Below, piece after piece: positions 17,770-28,200 of a stretch of 64,000 bases of DNA. How positions within the stretch are numbered: the first letter of the stretch is position 1; the number at the start of each line of letters is the position of its first letter. The notes beneath the pieces were generated by a model. It was not told where the DNA came from. It saw only the letters and a program-made list of their open reading frames with translations, and did not search any database. The stretch comes from Eubacteriales bacterium. GTDB taxonomy: Bacteria; Bacillota; Clostridia; Oscillospirales; CAG-382. The DNA lies in contig JAZSRP010000043.1 of NCBI GenBank assembly GCA_045538555.1, positions 9,616 to 73,615 of the forward strand, read 5' to 3'. The position numbers were made by a program, and so were the translations under genes.

Positions 17770-20700
17770 ATGACCAGAATCAGGAGAAAAACCCAAAGCA
17801 TTTGCGTCATGATGCTCGTTTTGGCAATGCTTGTTACAGGCGTTGGCGGGGTGTGCGCATCTGCTATCGGCGATTTTTTTGGTGACTCCGATTCTCTGTA
17901 CCGTACCTCGTTGGAGGATGTTGAGAAGTATCTTACTTCCACAACCTACAATGAGTATATGTCAATTTACGGTTCAACAGAGAAAGTCTCAGAAGAAATC
18001 GTTCTCAACCCCAAGGATTACAACACCGAGCTTACCACCGGTGCTGTAAGTGTTGTCGACTCTCTCGGCAATTACAACGGTGATGTTATCGTTTGCGGTG
18101 ACAACAGTACTGTTTACTGGACGGTTGAGGTTGATAAGCCCGTGCTTTTCAACGTTCTTGTTGAGTATTACACCGGTGACTATGATCTTGGTGAAAATCT
18201 CGCTTCAAAGTCTTCTACCGTTGAGAGATACATTCTCATCGACGGAACTGTTCCCTACAAAGAGGCACGTTCCGTAGAGTTTGAGCGCATTTGGGCCGAT
18301 CAGTATACCGTTGTTGATGCAGAAGGAAAATACGTCCTTGACGAGAACGGCAAGAAGCAAACGTTCCTCTCCAACGAACAGAGATTTATTGACTTTGTTC
18401 TGAAGCAGGAAAATGTTACTTCCGAGAGCGAGCGTCTTTATGTTCGCGATACAAACGGCAACGAGCTAAAGCCCGAGAAAAAACTCATCGCTGACTGGAG
18501 CAAAAAGTTTATCTATGACTCCACAGGTTATTACAACACTCCTTTGTCTTTTTATGTTTCTGAGGGCACACACACCTTTGGAATCCAGGCAGTAAGAGAA
18601 CCTCTTGCTATCAAGAGTATCACTCTTGTTGCTGCTGACACAGCTCCCACCTATGAGGAGTATCTTGAAAGCCACAAGGATGCCAAGGATTACAACGGTG
18701 ACAGCATCATCATCCAAGCTGAGTACGCAGTTCAGACCTCTGAGAGAACTATCTATCAGCTCAATGACAGATCCTCGAGCTTTTCTCAGCCCCAGGATTC
18801 TGCGTTGATCCGTCTCAATGAGATCGGTGGTGACAAGTGGCAGTACGTTGGTCAGTGGATCGAATGGAAGGTTGAAGTTCCCGAGTCGGGCTTCTACACA
18901 ATTGTTCCTCGTAGCCAGCAGAACTATTACTCAGGTATTTACGTTTCAAGACGTATTTACATAAACGGTGAGATGCCTTTCCAGGAAGCATCTTTCCTCA
19001 GATTTGAGTATTCCTCTGATTGGAGCACCAAACCGCTCAACAACGGCAAGCAGGATTTCAAGTTCTACCTCGAAAAGGGTGTCAACACCATCAAGCTTGA
19101 AGTTGTTCTCGGTGATATGTCCGAGATTCTCAGCACGGTTGAAAACTCTCTTGCAGCCATCAACGGTTATTACAGAAAAATACTCATGATTACAGGTCCT
19201 GATGCGGACGATTACCGTGATTACGGCTTTAACAAGCTGATCCCCGATGTTCTCACCGGACTCAAGGATCAAGCAAAGCTTCTCTACGGTGTATCAGATT
19301 TGCTCACAGAGCTGACCGGTGAAAAGGGCGAACACTCCTCCACACTTGACCGTGTGGCTCTCATCTGCGAGAGAATGGGTACCAACCAAAAGACAATTGC
19401 GTCTCAGATGGATACTCTCAAGGACTACACCGCGTCCCTTGGTTCTTGGCTCTCTGATACTCAAAACCAGCCCCTTGATCTGGATTATTTCAGCATCCAG
19501 GCGCCTTCCGCAGATACCCCCGAAGCTGAACCCGGTTTCTTTAAGAGTTTTTGGTTTGAGCTTCAGAAATTTTATGAGTCGTTCTTCAACGATTACAACT
19601 CTCTTGGTTCCGTCGGTGAGGACGGAAAGGTACAGGAAGTTGTAAGCGTAGAGGTTTGGACCGCGTCCTCCCGCGACCAAGCACAGATCATCAGAACACT
19701 TGTTGACGACAACTTTGCGATGAAATATCCCGGACTCTCCGTTGATATCAAGCTTGTTGCAGGCGGCACGTTGCTTCCCGCAACACTTGCAGGAACCGGT
19801 CCCGATATTTATTTGGGTGCTGCACAGGGAGACCCTGTAAACTACGCTATCCGTTCTGCGGTGCTGTCTCTCAACACAAAGACCGGCAACAACCAGATAG
19901 GATATGATTTTACCGACCTCGAAAATTCCGTTTGGAATTCCAAAGACGAAGCCGGCAACTACAAGTATCCTACCTACCATGCTCTGATTGAGTCCGGCAG
20001 TGTCAGGAACTTTGGTGAGGTCAAAGAGTGGTTTGCTGATCAAGCACTTATTCCTCTTACTCTTTACGGCGAGACCTATGCGCTTCCTGAGACGATGTCG
20101 TTCTCTATGATGTTCTACCGCAAAGACATATTTGTGGATCTGGGCATCAGCGTTCCCAATACCTGGGATGATTTCTACGATATTATATATTCTCTGCAGT
20201 CCAACTCGCTGGAGATCGGATTCCCCACAGGTACCGGCGGATCCATGGTACTTATGTATCAGCAGAATGATCCTCTCTACGATATGGGCAACTACGATTA
20301 CTATACTGAGCTGTTCAGACGTTACTATTATGAAGGCGACGATTATGACAGTCTCAATGAGCAACAGATTGCCGAGATTGACAAAAAGCTCAATGATATG
20401 GGTCTTACATACACCGATGCAGACGGAAATGTTGTTACCAAGACTGACGGCATGACCATCAATCTTGATTCTGATATTTCACTCGCAGCTTTCAAGGACG
20501 TATGCCAGCTGTTCACAATGTACGACTTTGACGTTACATACAGCTTTGCAAACAGATTCCGTTCCGGTGAGATGCCTCTCTCCATCATTGATTACACTTC
20601 CTATAATACACTTATAGTATTTGCACCCGAGATCAACGGTTTGTGGGAATTCACACCGCTTCCCGGCACGGCAGATCCTCTCACTCAGGAGGTAAACAAC

Positions 20701-21183
20701 GTTACTATCGGCGCCGTTTCCGCTCTGATGATGATGAGATCTGTTGATGAGGCAACTGCATTTGCAGCATGGACATTTATGCAATGGTATCTCAGCGCTG
20801 AGATACAAAGTGCATACGGCAACGAGATGGTTGCTCTCCTTGGACCTTCTGCAAAACAACCTACTGCAAATATGCTGGCTCTTCAGGATATGGCATGGTC
20901 TACCGACGAGTATAACAACCTGTTTGCTCAGTTTAATGCGGTTGCATGTACACCTGAGTTCCCCGGTGGATATATTATCGGAAGATATACAAACTTTGCG
21001 TTCCTTGACGTATACAACGACGGCGCAGAGCCCGTTGACGAGCTTCAGTCTTACATAGTTGACATCAACGTTGAGCTGACCAGAAAGAGAGAAGAGTTTG
21101 GGCTTCCCACTGACAAGTCGGTAAAAGAAATGATAGAAGCAGTCAACCAAAAATACAAAGACTGGGATAAAGGAGGGAATTAA
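17770..21183 (+). CDS. Giant extracellular solute-binding protein (ABC family-1 SBP core) with N-terminal tandem CBM-like modules
   Basis: About 1137 aa, with an AGGAGGA RBS and a signal peptide (MTRIRRKTQSICVMMLVLAMLVTG). Two similar beta-sandwich-like modules are present (YWTVEVDKPVLFNVLVEYY..RYILIDG and IEWKVEVPESGFYTIVPRS..RRIYINGE). The C-terminal half is typical of sugar SBPs (VEVWTASSRDQAQIIRTLVDDNFAMKYPGLSVDIKLV..GTGPDIYLG). Confidence 0.75.
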   Translation: MTRIRRKTQSICVMMLVLAMLVTGVGGVCASAIGDFFGDSDSLYRTSLEDVEKYLTSTTYNEYMSIYGSTEKVSEEIVLNPKDYNTELTTGAVSVVDSLGNYNGDVIVCGDNSTVYWTVEVDKPVLFNVLVEYYTGDYDLGENLASKSSTVERYILIDGTVPYKEARSVEFERIWADQYTVVDAEGKYVLDENGKKQTFLSNEQRFIDFVLKQENVTSESERLYVRDTNGNELKPEKKLIADWSKKFIYDSTGYYNTPLSFYVSEGTHTFGIQAVREPLAIKSITLVAADTAPTYEEYLESHKDAKDYNGDSIIIQAEYAVQTSERTIYQLNDRSSSFSQPQDSALIRLNEIGGDKWQYVGQWIEWKVEVPESGFYTIVPRSQQNYYSGIYVSRRIYINGEMPFQEASFLRFEYSSDWSTKPLNNGKQDFKFYLEKGVNTIKLEVVLGDMSEILSTVENSLAAINGYYRKILMITGPDADDYRDYGFNKLIPDVLTGLKDQAKLLYGVSDLLTELTGEKGEHSSTLDRVALICERMGTNQKTIASQMDTLKDYTASLGSWLSDTQNQPLDLDYFSIQAPSADTPEAEPGFFKSFWFELQKFYESFFNDYNSLGSVGEDGKVQEVVSVEVWTASSRDQAQIIRTLVDDNFAMKYPGLSVDIKLVAGGTLLPATLAGTGPDIYLGAAQGDPVNYAIRSAVLSLNTKTGNNQIGYDFTDLENSVWNSKDEAGNYKYPTYHALIESGSVRNFGEVKEWFADQALIPLTLYGETYALPETMSFSMMFYRKDIFVDLGISVPNTWDDFYDIIYSLQSNSLEIGFPTGTGGSMVLMYQQNDPLYDMGNYDYYTELFRRYYYEGDDYDSLNEQQIAEIDKKLNDMGLTYTDADGNVVTKTDGMTINLDSDISLAAFKDVCQLFTMYDFDVTYSFANRFRSGEMPLSIIDYTSYNTLIVFAPEINGLWEFTPLPGTADPLTQEVNNVTIGAVSALMMMRSVDEATAFAAWTFMQWYLSAEIQSAYGNEMVALLGPSAKQPTANMLALQDMAWSTDEYNNLFAQFNAVACTPEFPGGYIIGRYTNFAFLDVYNDGAEPVDELQSYIVDINVELTRKREEFGLPTDKSVKEMIEAVNQKYKDWDKGGN

Positions 21184-21186
21184 ACA

Positions 21187-22122
21187 ATGGCAAAAGAAAA
21201 AGCGATAATCAGAAGCGATATATCGCGCTTCAAATGGACATTGATGGAAATGAAGAAGCACAAAGCCGGATATATGATGGCACTTCCGTTCTTTATTCTG
21301 TTCTTCATATTTACTGTTGTCCCGGTACTTCTTTCGTTTGTACTCAGTTTTACCACTTTCAACCTTCTTGAGTGGCCCACATTTGTGTTTATGGATAACT
21401 ACATCCGTCTCATTCTTGATGACGATATCTTCATAGTAGCTATCAAAAACACTCTAAAGTTCTCTGCTATCACCGGTCCCTGCTCGTATCTGTTGAGTAT
21501 GCTTTTTGCATGGTTTATCAACGAGTTGAGACCCAAGCTGAGATCGTTTGTAACACTTCTCTTTTACGCACCTTCAATTTCGGGTCAGGTATATCTGATC
21601 TGGACAATCTTCTTCAACTCCGACCAGTACGGTTACGTCAACGCTTGGGGCATGAAACTTGGTCTCATCAATGAGCCGGTTCTTTGGTTCCAGGATGAAA
21701 AATACATCTTTGGACTCATCGTTGCCGTTGCTCTTTGGACTTCGCTTGGTACATCGTTCCTGACGTTTATTGCAGGTTTCCAGGTTGTAGACAAAGGTTT
21801 GTATGAGGCAGGAGCTGTTGACGGTGTCAAGAATCGTTGGCAGGAGCTTTGGTTCATCACTCTGCCTACAATGCGTCCGCAGATGATGCTGGGTGCAATT
21901 CTTGCAATCACCGGTTCGTTTGGATTTGGTGCAGTTATTACTGCTCTGGTTGGATTCCCCAGCCCCAACTACTGTGCACATACAATCATGCACCATCTTG
22001 AGGACTACGGTAATGCGCGTTTTGAGATGGGTTATGCATCCGCAATTGCTACCATCCTCTTCTTTATGATGATTGGTGCCAATATGCTGGTTACAAAAAT
22101 GCTGAGAAAGGTAGGTACGTAA
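21187..22122 (+). CDS. Carbohydrate ABC transporter permease (MalF-like), pair 1
   Basis: 6-TM protein with an EAA-loop YEAGAVDGVKNRWQELWFITLPTMRP and an AGGAGGG RBS. Confidence 0.9.
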   Translation: MAKEKAIIRSDISRFKWTLMEMKKHKAGYMMALPFFILFFIFTVVPVLLSFVLSFTTFNLLEWPTFVFMDNYIRLILDDDIFIVAIKNTLKFSAITGPCSYLLSMLFAWFINELRPKLRSFVTLLFYAPSISGQVYLIWTIFFNSDQYGYVNAWGMKLGLINEPVLWFQDEKYIFGLIVAVALWTSLGTSFLTFIAGFQVVDKGLYEAGAVDGVKNRWQELWFITLPTMRPQMMLGAILAITGSFGFGAVITALVGFPSPNYCAHTIMHHLEDYGNARFEMGYASAIATILFFMMIGANMLVTKMLRKVGT

Positions 22123-22123
22123 T

Positions 22124-23041
22124 ATGTCTTTTGCAGACCTTAAGAAAAAATATCGTAACTACCGCAACAAAAAGCTTCAGAACAAAACGCAGTTCAAGCG
22201 TTCTGTCAACAGATCTGCAGGCGGTGACGCAGGAATCTTTATTCTGCTCGGTGTGGTTGCTGTAATCATGGTTCTTCCTATGGTTTACGCAATCTGCCAA
22301 TCACTCAAACCTCTTGACGAGTTGTTTGTTTTCCCGCCCAGATTCTTTGTGGTTAATCCCACATTTAAAAACTTTAGAGACCTTTTCAATTTGATGAATG
22401 AGTCTTGGGTTCCTTTCTCCAGATATATCTTCAACACGGTTCTTATCTCTGTTGTTGGTACATTTGGTAACGTTATCTTTGCATCCTATGCAGCATATGC
22501 GCTTGCAAAGATCAACTTCCCCGGAAGAAAGTTTTTGTTCTCCGTGGTCGTTTACTCCCTGATGTTCAACTCCACCGTTACCGGCATTACAAACTTTATT
22601 ACAATGTCTGCTCTCGGTTGGGTTGATACATATCTTGCAGTTATCGTTCCCGCATTCTGCTACACATTCGGCCTCTACCTGATGAAGCAGTTTATGGAAT
22701 CCTCGGTTACCGACTCTGTTCTTGAAAGCGCTCGTCTTGAGGGCGCAAATGAGAATCTGATCTTCTGGCGTATCGCAATGCCTATGGTAAAGCCCGCTTG
22801 GATCACTTTGATCATCTTTGCTTTCAAGGATCTGTGGAATATGGGCGCAAGCTTGTATATTTACAGTGAGGAGCTCAAGACATTTAACTATGCTATCAGC
22901 CAGTTGGTTACCGCTGGTATTGCACGTTCCGGCGTATCAGCCGCGGCAACCGTTGTTATGATGATCGTTCCCATTACCGTATTTGTTGTTACACAAAGCC
23001 AGGTAATCACAACGATGTCAACTTCTGGTATGAAAGATTAA
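22124..23041 (+). CDS. Carbohydrate ABC transporter permease (MalG-like), pair 1
   Basis: EAA-loop LESARLEGANENLIFWRIAMPMVKP. It starts 1 nt after the preceding stop. Confidence 0.9.
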   Translation: MSFADLKKKYRNYRNKKLQNKTQFKRSVNRSAGGDAGIFILLGVVAVIMVLPMVYAICQSLKPLDELFVFPPRFFVVNPTFKNFRDLFNLMNESWVPFSRYIFNTVLISVVGTFGNVIFASYAAYALAKINFPGRKFLFSVVVYSLMFNSTVTGITNFITMSALGWVDTYLAVIVPAFCYTFGLYLMKQFMESSVTDSVLESARLEGANENLIFWRIAMPMVKPAWITLIIFAFKDLWNMGASLYIYSEELKTFNYAISQLVTAGIARSGVSAAATVVMMIVPITVFVVTQSQVITTMSTSGMKD

Positions 23042-23052
23042 GGAGGGTAAAA

Positions 23053-25266
23053 ATGAAAAATAGATTTGTTCGCACCCTGCTTGTCTGTCTCGTGCTGGTT
23101 ATGTTTTTTGGAACAATTTCTGCAAGTGCTATTGTTCCTTATACCAGCTACACCTACAACGTATACGGCGTTATGGCTACCAGCCCTCACGCATACGTTC
23201 CCCACGTTGTTGTCAACACCGCAACACTTCTTGAATCCCTTACAGAAGAGGGTGGTGCCAGCGATAACGCAAAAGCAATGCATGGACCAAACTCTGACGA
23301 TCCTTTTGTAGCGTTGGAGTCTCCCAAAGATATCTTTGTAGATGATCTCGGCCACATTTATATTGCCAACACCGGCGCAAACCAGATTGTTGTCACCGAC
23401 GAGAACTACAATGTCCGTGTTATAATCAGCGCTTTTACAAACCAATATGGTGTTCCCGATGCTCTCAATACTCCAAGTGGTGTGTTTGTTACATCCAACG
23501 AGATTTTTGTAGCAGATACCGAGAACTCCCGTATCGTCGTATTTGACAAACTCGGAAATTTTGTGGATATCATTCCCGAGCCCGAGAGCGAAGTACTTCC
23601 CGATAACAGCGTTTACAAGCCCGTTGCTGTTGCTGTTGACAAAGCCGGACGTGTTTACGTTGTATCTTCTACCACAAACTATGGTGTTGTTTCTCTGAAC
23701 AGAGATGGCTCTTTCAACGGATTTATCGGACCTCAAAAGGTTACGTACAATTTGCTGGAGCATTTTCTCCGTCTGTTCAAGACCGCAGACCAGCTGGCTG
23801 CAAGTGAGCAGAACGTTTCAACAGAGTTTAACAACCTTACCATTGACGCTGACGGTTTCATCTACGTTACAACATCTTCAGTTGATGAAGGATCCCGCGC
23901 CGCAGCTATCACAGGACGCAGCAAGTCCGGTGACTATGCTCCCGTAAAGAAACTCAACCCCAATGGTTCTGACGTCATGAACAGAAACGGCTTCTGGCCG
24001 CCCTCCGGCGAGGTTGATTTCAGAAACATGGCAACTACCGAGTTTAAGACCTCAGGTCCTTCCACTATCGTCGACGTTGCACTTGGTCCCAACAACACTT
24101 GGAGCATCATTGACAACAAGAGAAGCAGGATTTTCACCTATGATTCCAACGGCAACCTTTTGTATGCCTTTGGTGACACAGGCAACCAGCTCGGCAGTAT
24201 TTCAAACCTTGTTGCAATCGATTATCAGGACACCAACATGCTCCTGCTTGATCGAAGCAACGAGTCTATCACTGTTTACAAGCGTACTACATACGGTGAT
24301 CTGGTTGCGCAGGCAATCCAAAACACTGAGGATAAGCAGTACGACAAAGCTGTTGAATACTATATCAGCATTCTTCAGAGAAACAACAACTATGATACCG
24401 CATACGTGGGAATCGCACAGAGTATGTACCGTGACGGTGAGTATGTTCAGGCAATGAAGTACTACAAATACGCGTACAACACTGAGGATTACTCAGAGGC
24501 ATATCAGGCATACCGTAAAGAATGGATGGAAAAATACATCTGGGTCATTCCTCTGGTTCTGTTTGTAGCGATTTTTGGCATTTCAAAGTTTTTCAAATAT
24601 GCCAAGAAGGTCAACAAGCAGGGGCAGAAGCGTGTTGAAAAACGCACCTTCTGGCAGGAGGTATTGTATGGATTCCATATTATCTTCCACCCGTTTGACG
24701 GTTTCTGGGATGTAAAACACGAGAAGCGCGGATCTGTCAGAGGCGCAAGTTTTTGGCTGGGAATCACCGCTCTCACATTTGTGTATCAGTCGGTTGGTAC
24801 CGGTTATCTTTCCAATCCTTATGGCACAACCGGTTCATATTTCATCAGCGCAATTTCAATTATACTTCCCGCAATGCTTTGGGTTACTGCAAACTGGTGT
24901 TTGACAACACTGTTTGACGGCGAGGGTACATTCAAGGACGTTTACATTGCGACCTGCTACTCACTTGTACCGCTGCCCATGCTTATCATTCCTACCGTCA
25001 TGATCTCCAACGTTCTCACTCTTGAGGAACTTGATATCGTTGCTATGATCAACTCATTGGCATTTATCTGGCTCGCTCTGCTTGTGTTCTTTGGCATGAT
25101 GGTTACACATGATTACACCCTCGGAAAGAACTTCCTCACCACGCTGGGAACAATCGTTGGTGCAGCATTTATTATATTTGTTGTTGCGCTGTTCTCCGCA
25201 CTTGTTACCAAGGTGTTCACGTTCTTCTATAACATTTACATCGAGCTCTCTTACAGATGGTCGTAG
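23053..25266 (+). CDS. Signal peptide + NHL-repeat beta-propeller + TPR + C-terminal Yip1-type 5-TM domain fusion protein
   Basis: AAGGAGGG RBS. NHL-like blades include IFVDDLGHIYIANTGANQIVV, VFVTSNEIFVADTENSRIVVFD and VAVDKAGRVYVVSS. A TPR-like pair follows (QYDKAVEYYISILQ..GEYVQAMKYYKYAY). The Yip1/DUF1282-like membrane domain begins at HPFDGFWDVKHEKRGS. Confidence 0.65.
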   Translation: MKNRFVRTLLVCLVLVMFFGTISASAIVPYTSYTYNVYGVMATSPHAYVPHVVVNTATLLESLTEEGGASDNAKAMHGPNSDDPFVALESPKDIFVDDLGHIYIANTGANQIVVTDENYNVRVIISAFTNQYGVPDALNTPSGVFVTSNEIFVADTENSRIVVFDKLGNFVDIIPEPESEVLPDNSVYKPVAVAVDKAGRVYVVSSTTNYGVVSLNRDGSFNGFIGPQKVTYNLLEHFLRLFKTADQLAASEQNVSTEFNNLTIDADGFIYVTTSSVDEGSRAAAITGRSKSGDYAPVKKLNPNGSDVMNRNGFWPPSGEVDFRNMATTEFKTSGPSTIVDVALGPNNTWSIIDNKRSRIFTYDSNGNLLYAFGDTGNQLGSISNLVAIDYQDTNMLLLDRSNESITVYKRTTYGDLVAQAIQNTEDKQYDKAVEYYISILQRNNNYDTAYVGIAQSMYRDGEYVQAMKYYKYAYNTEDYSEAYQAYRKEWMEKYIWVIPLVLFVAIFGISKFFKYAKKVNKQGQKRVEKRTFWQEVLYGFHIIFHPFDGFWDVKHEKRGSVRGASFWLGITALTFVYQSVGTGYLSNPYGTTGSYFISAISIILPAMLWVTANWCLTTLFDGEGTFKDVYIATCYSLVPLPMLIIPTVMISNVLTLEELDIVAMINSLAFIWLALLVFFGMMVTHDYTLGKNFLTTLGTIVGAAFIIFVVALFSALVTKVFTFFYNIYIELSYRWS

Positions 25267-25284
25267 AAAGGAGTGTATGTTATT

Positions 25285-28200
25285 ATGAAAAATAAATTTA
25301 TAAGATCATTGGCACTCATTGTCTGCGTCATGATGATTTTTTCATCCCTGACCTGCTTGTCTGCCTTTGCTGACAACAGCGATACTTCTTCTGCAACCAC
25401 ATCCGGCACAACGTCCGGTACAACCTCAGGTTCAACATCAGGCTCGACCTCTGGAGATACCTCTGAGGAGGATATCTGGGAGACACTGCAGCCCGCATAT
25501 ATGCAGACTGCTTTTACCTCTATTGTAAAAAGAATGGAAGGTAACGACACCATCGCTCCCATGATTTGCTATGCAGTGGTTGAGGGATATGCATTTTATG
25601 GCGATCCTCTCACCGGTGAGATGGTATTTCTCAAGCTCACTGATCCCACTCTTACAAAAGAAGTCATTGAGGAGTCAGGCGTAATTCCCGACTACACCGC
25701 ATATTATTGCACCAATCCCTACAACATTGGCTCTTCAGCCGCAATCGGCAACGAGAGCGGTCAGCAGACTGCCGCATCCGAAAAAGAAAAGCTCTACTCC
25801 CAGCTCATTATCAAATACACTGATAACGACAAGGATACAGAGATGAACTCCTTTACAGATGCCGCTGTACGCAACCAGATAACCGTCAAGAATATCAGAA
25901 ACGGTGTCCGTGTTGAGTATACTGTTGGACGTGAAGAGGTCAACTACCTTGTTCCTCGTCTTATCAAAGCCGACAAGCTGTTGGCTCTGAGAGACCAGAT
26001 TGCCGCAAACTCGCAGATCGCAAGAGATGCAAGAACGTTTATGGCATTCTATATGCACAAAGACCTTGAGGATCCCAACCTTTCCGAAAAAGGAAAGGCG
26101 GAGATGGAAGCTCAGTATCCCATCACCAAGCAGTTTCCGATCTATGTCTGTGAGCCTCTTATCTCCACACAGGAGCTTTTGAGACTTGAACGTCTTGTGG
26201 TTCAATATACAACATATGACTATGAAACGCTTGAAGCAGACCACGCTGAGACAGACTATGAATCGTCTGACGAGGTTCCCGCTCTGTTCAAGCTGGCGCT
26301 TGAGTACAAGGTTGACGGAAACGAGATCACAATCCGTTGCAAGTCCGGCAACATCAGATTTGACTCATCTGTTTACAAGCTTTCCGATATTGTTCTTCTG
26401 CCTTATGGCGGTGCAGGAGACTGCAACAACGAGGGTTATCTCTTCTCACCGGACGGCTCCGGCTCGTTGCTCAATTTCTCTGATTTTTATGAGGAATTCA
26501 ACAACACCACACCTCTCTACGGTCAGGACTACGCATATCACACCATCAGCGGTGCAAACTACGAGGTTGCAAGACTTCCTGTGTTTGGTGTCTACCAAAA
26601 GGTAGAAAACAACAGCACCGAGATTCAAAAACAGCCCGTGCTTGACGAGCAGGGGCAACCCACCTATGATGAGGAAGGAAATCCCATCATGGAGGACGTA
26701 GAGGTTTCTGTGCCTCTTGAGATCGCATATCTTGCAGTTGTTGAGACTGGTTCTTCACTGGCAAACATCACCACAAGATATGGCGGAAATCTCCATATGT
26801 ACGCCTCTGTGTATACCTCATTTAACCCCAGACCCAAGGACTCATACGTACTTGACGGCGGTATCTCTGCAGGTACTGATGCGATGTGGACGGTTGAGTC
26901 AAAGAGAAAATACACAGGAGACTATAAGATCCGTCTCTTCATTCTTGATGGTACAGAGGACGGCGACGTAGCTCCCGGAATCGGCGATGCAGAAAAATCC
27001 TATTCTGATATGGCTGCGGCTTATCGTACCTACTTGTTGGAAGAAGGCGTTTTGACAAAGCTTGAAGATACCAAGGAAAATATTCCTCTTTATCTCGAGA
27101 CTTTGGGCGCGATCGAGACAACACGTACCGTGCTTGGCGTTCCTGTAACAACAACCGTTGCGATGACTAGGTTTGAAGATACAAAGAACGTTTTGGAAAC
27201 TCTCAAAAACGAGGGTGTCACCAACGTCAAAGTCAAACTCACCGGTTGGTACAACGGCGGCATGATTCCTTATGTTCCCACCTCCATTGATATTGAGAAA
27301 TGCATGGGCGGTGAGGAAGGATTTAAAGACCTGCTTGACTATGCAAACCAGAACGGCATCACGATTTTCCCTGATATCGAACTTTCGCTTGCATTTAGAG
27401 ACAAGACATTTGACGGATTTGATTCCGGCGACGATCTTTCTCAGACCATCGACGAGCGTTCTGCAATCATGAAAGAGTATGATCCTATCTGGCAGGGCTA
27501 TATCAAGACAGGTATCGGTGTAATTTCTCCCAACTTTATGAAAGAACTTTACACCAAAGCATATGAGGATTACGGCACACTGAACGTTGGAGCAATTTCT
27601 GTTGGTTCTGTTGGCAAATACTTGTCATCTGATTTCAACACAGACAATCCTTTGACTCGTGAGGATTCCAGAGAGCTGATCGCTCAGCTTATGTCTGCAA
27701 TAGCTGAAAACAATAATAAAGTTCTTGTTTCCGGCGGTAACGAGTACGTTCTTGAGTACGTAACCGATATTATCGAGCTTCCTCTTGATGACTCGAGATA
27801 CAAGCACTCCTATGCAACAGTTCCTTTCATGAGCATGGTGCTTCACGGAACAAAAGAGTATGCAGGAACCGCACTCAACCTTGCAGGTGATTACAACTAT
27901 CAGGTTCTCAAGTCCATTGAGTCCGGTGCTGCTCCTTACTTTGTAGTTGCTTCACAGAACACTTCTGAGATGAAGCAGTACACCTATTCAATCCTTGCAC
28001 AGTATTATTCTATCAGATGCAACATCTGGCTGGCTGACATCATCAAAACATACAAAGAGATGAACGAAGCGCTGTGCGATGTTCAGTCTGAGTCCATCCG
28101 CAAGCATGAGCTTCTCACCGCTGACGGAAAGGTTTCCAAGGTTACTTACTCCAACGGCGTTTCGTTCTACATCAACTACCGTATCACTGATTATACCGTA

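Noticed and set aside
25381-25470. Short tandem nucleotide repeats (acNtcNggN units) that could be mistaken for a repeat array.
   Set aside because: They are in frame inside a long ORF and encode a (T/S)SG linker. This is a coding low-complexity region, not a CRISPR or a non-coding repeat.
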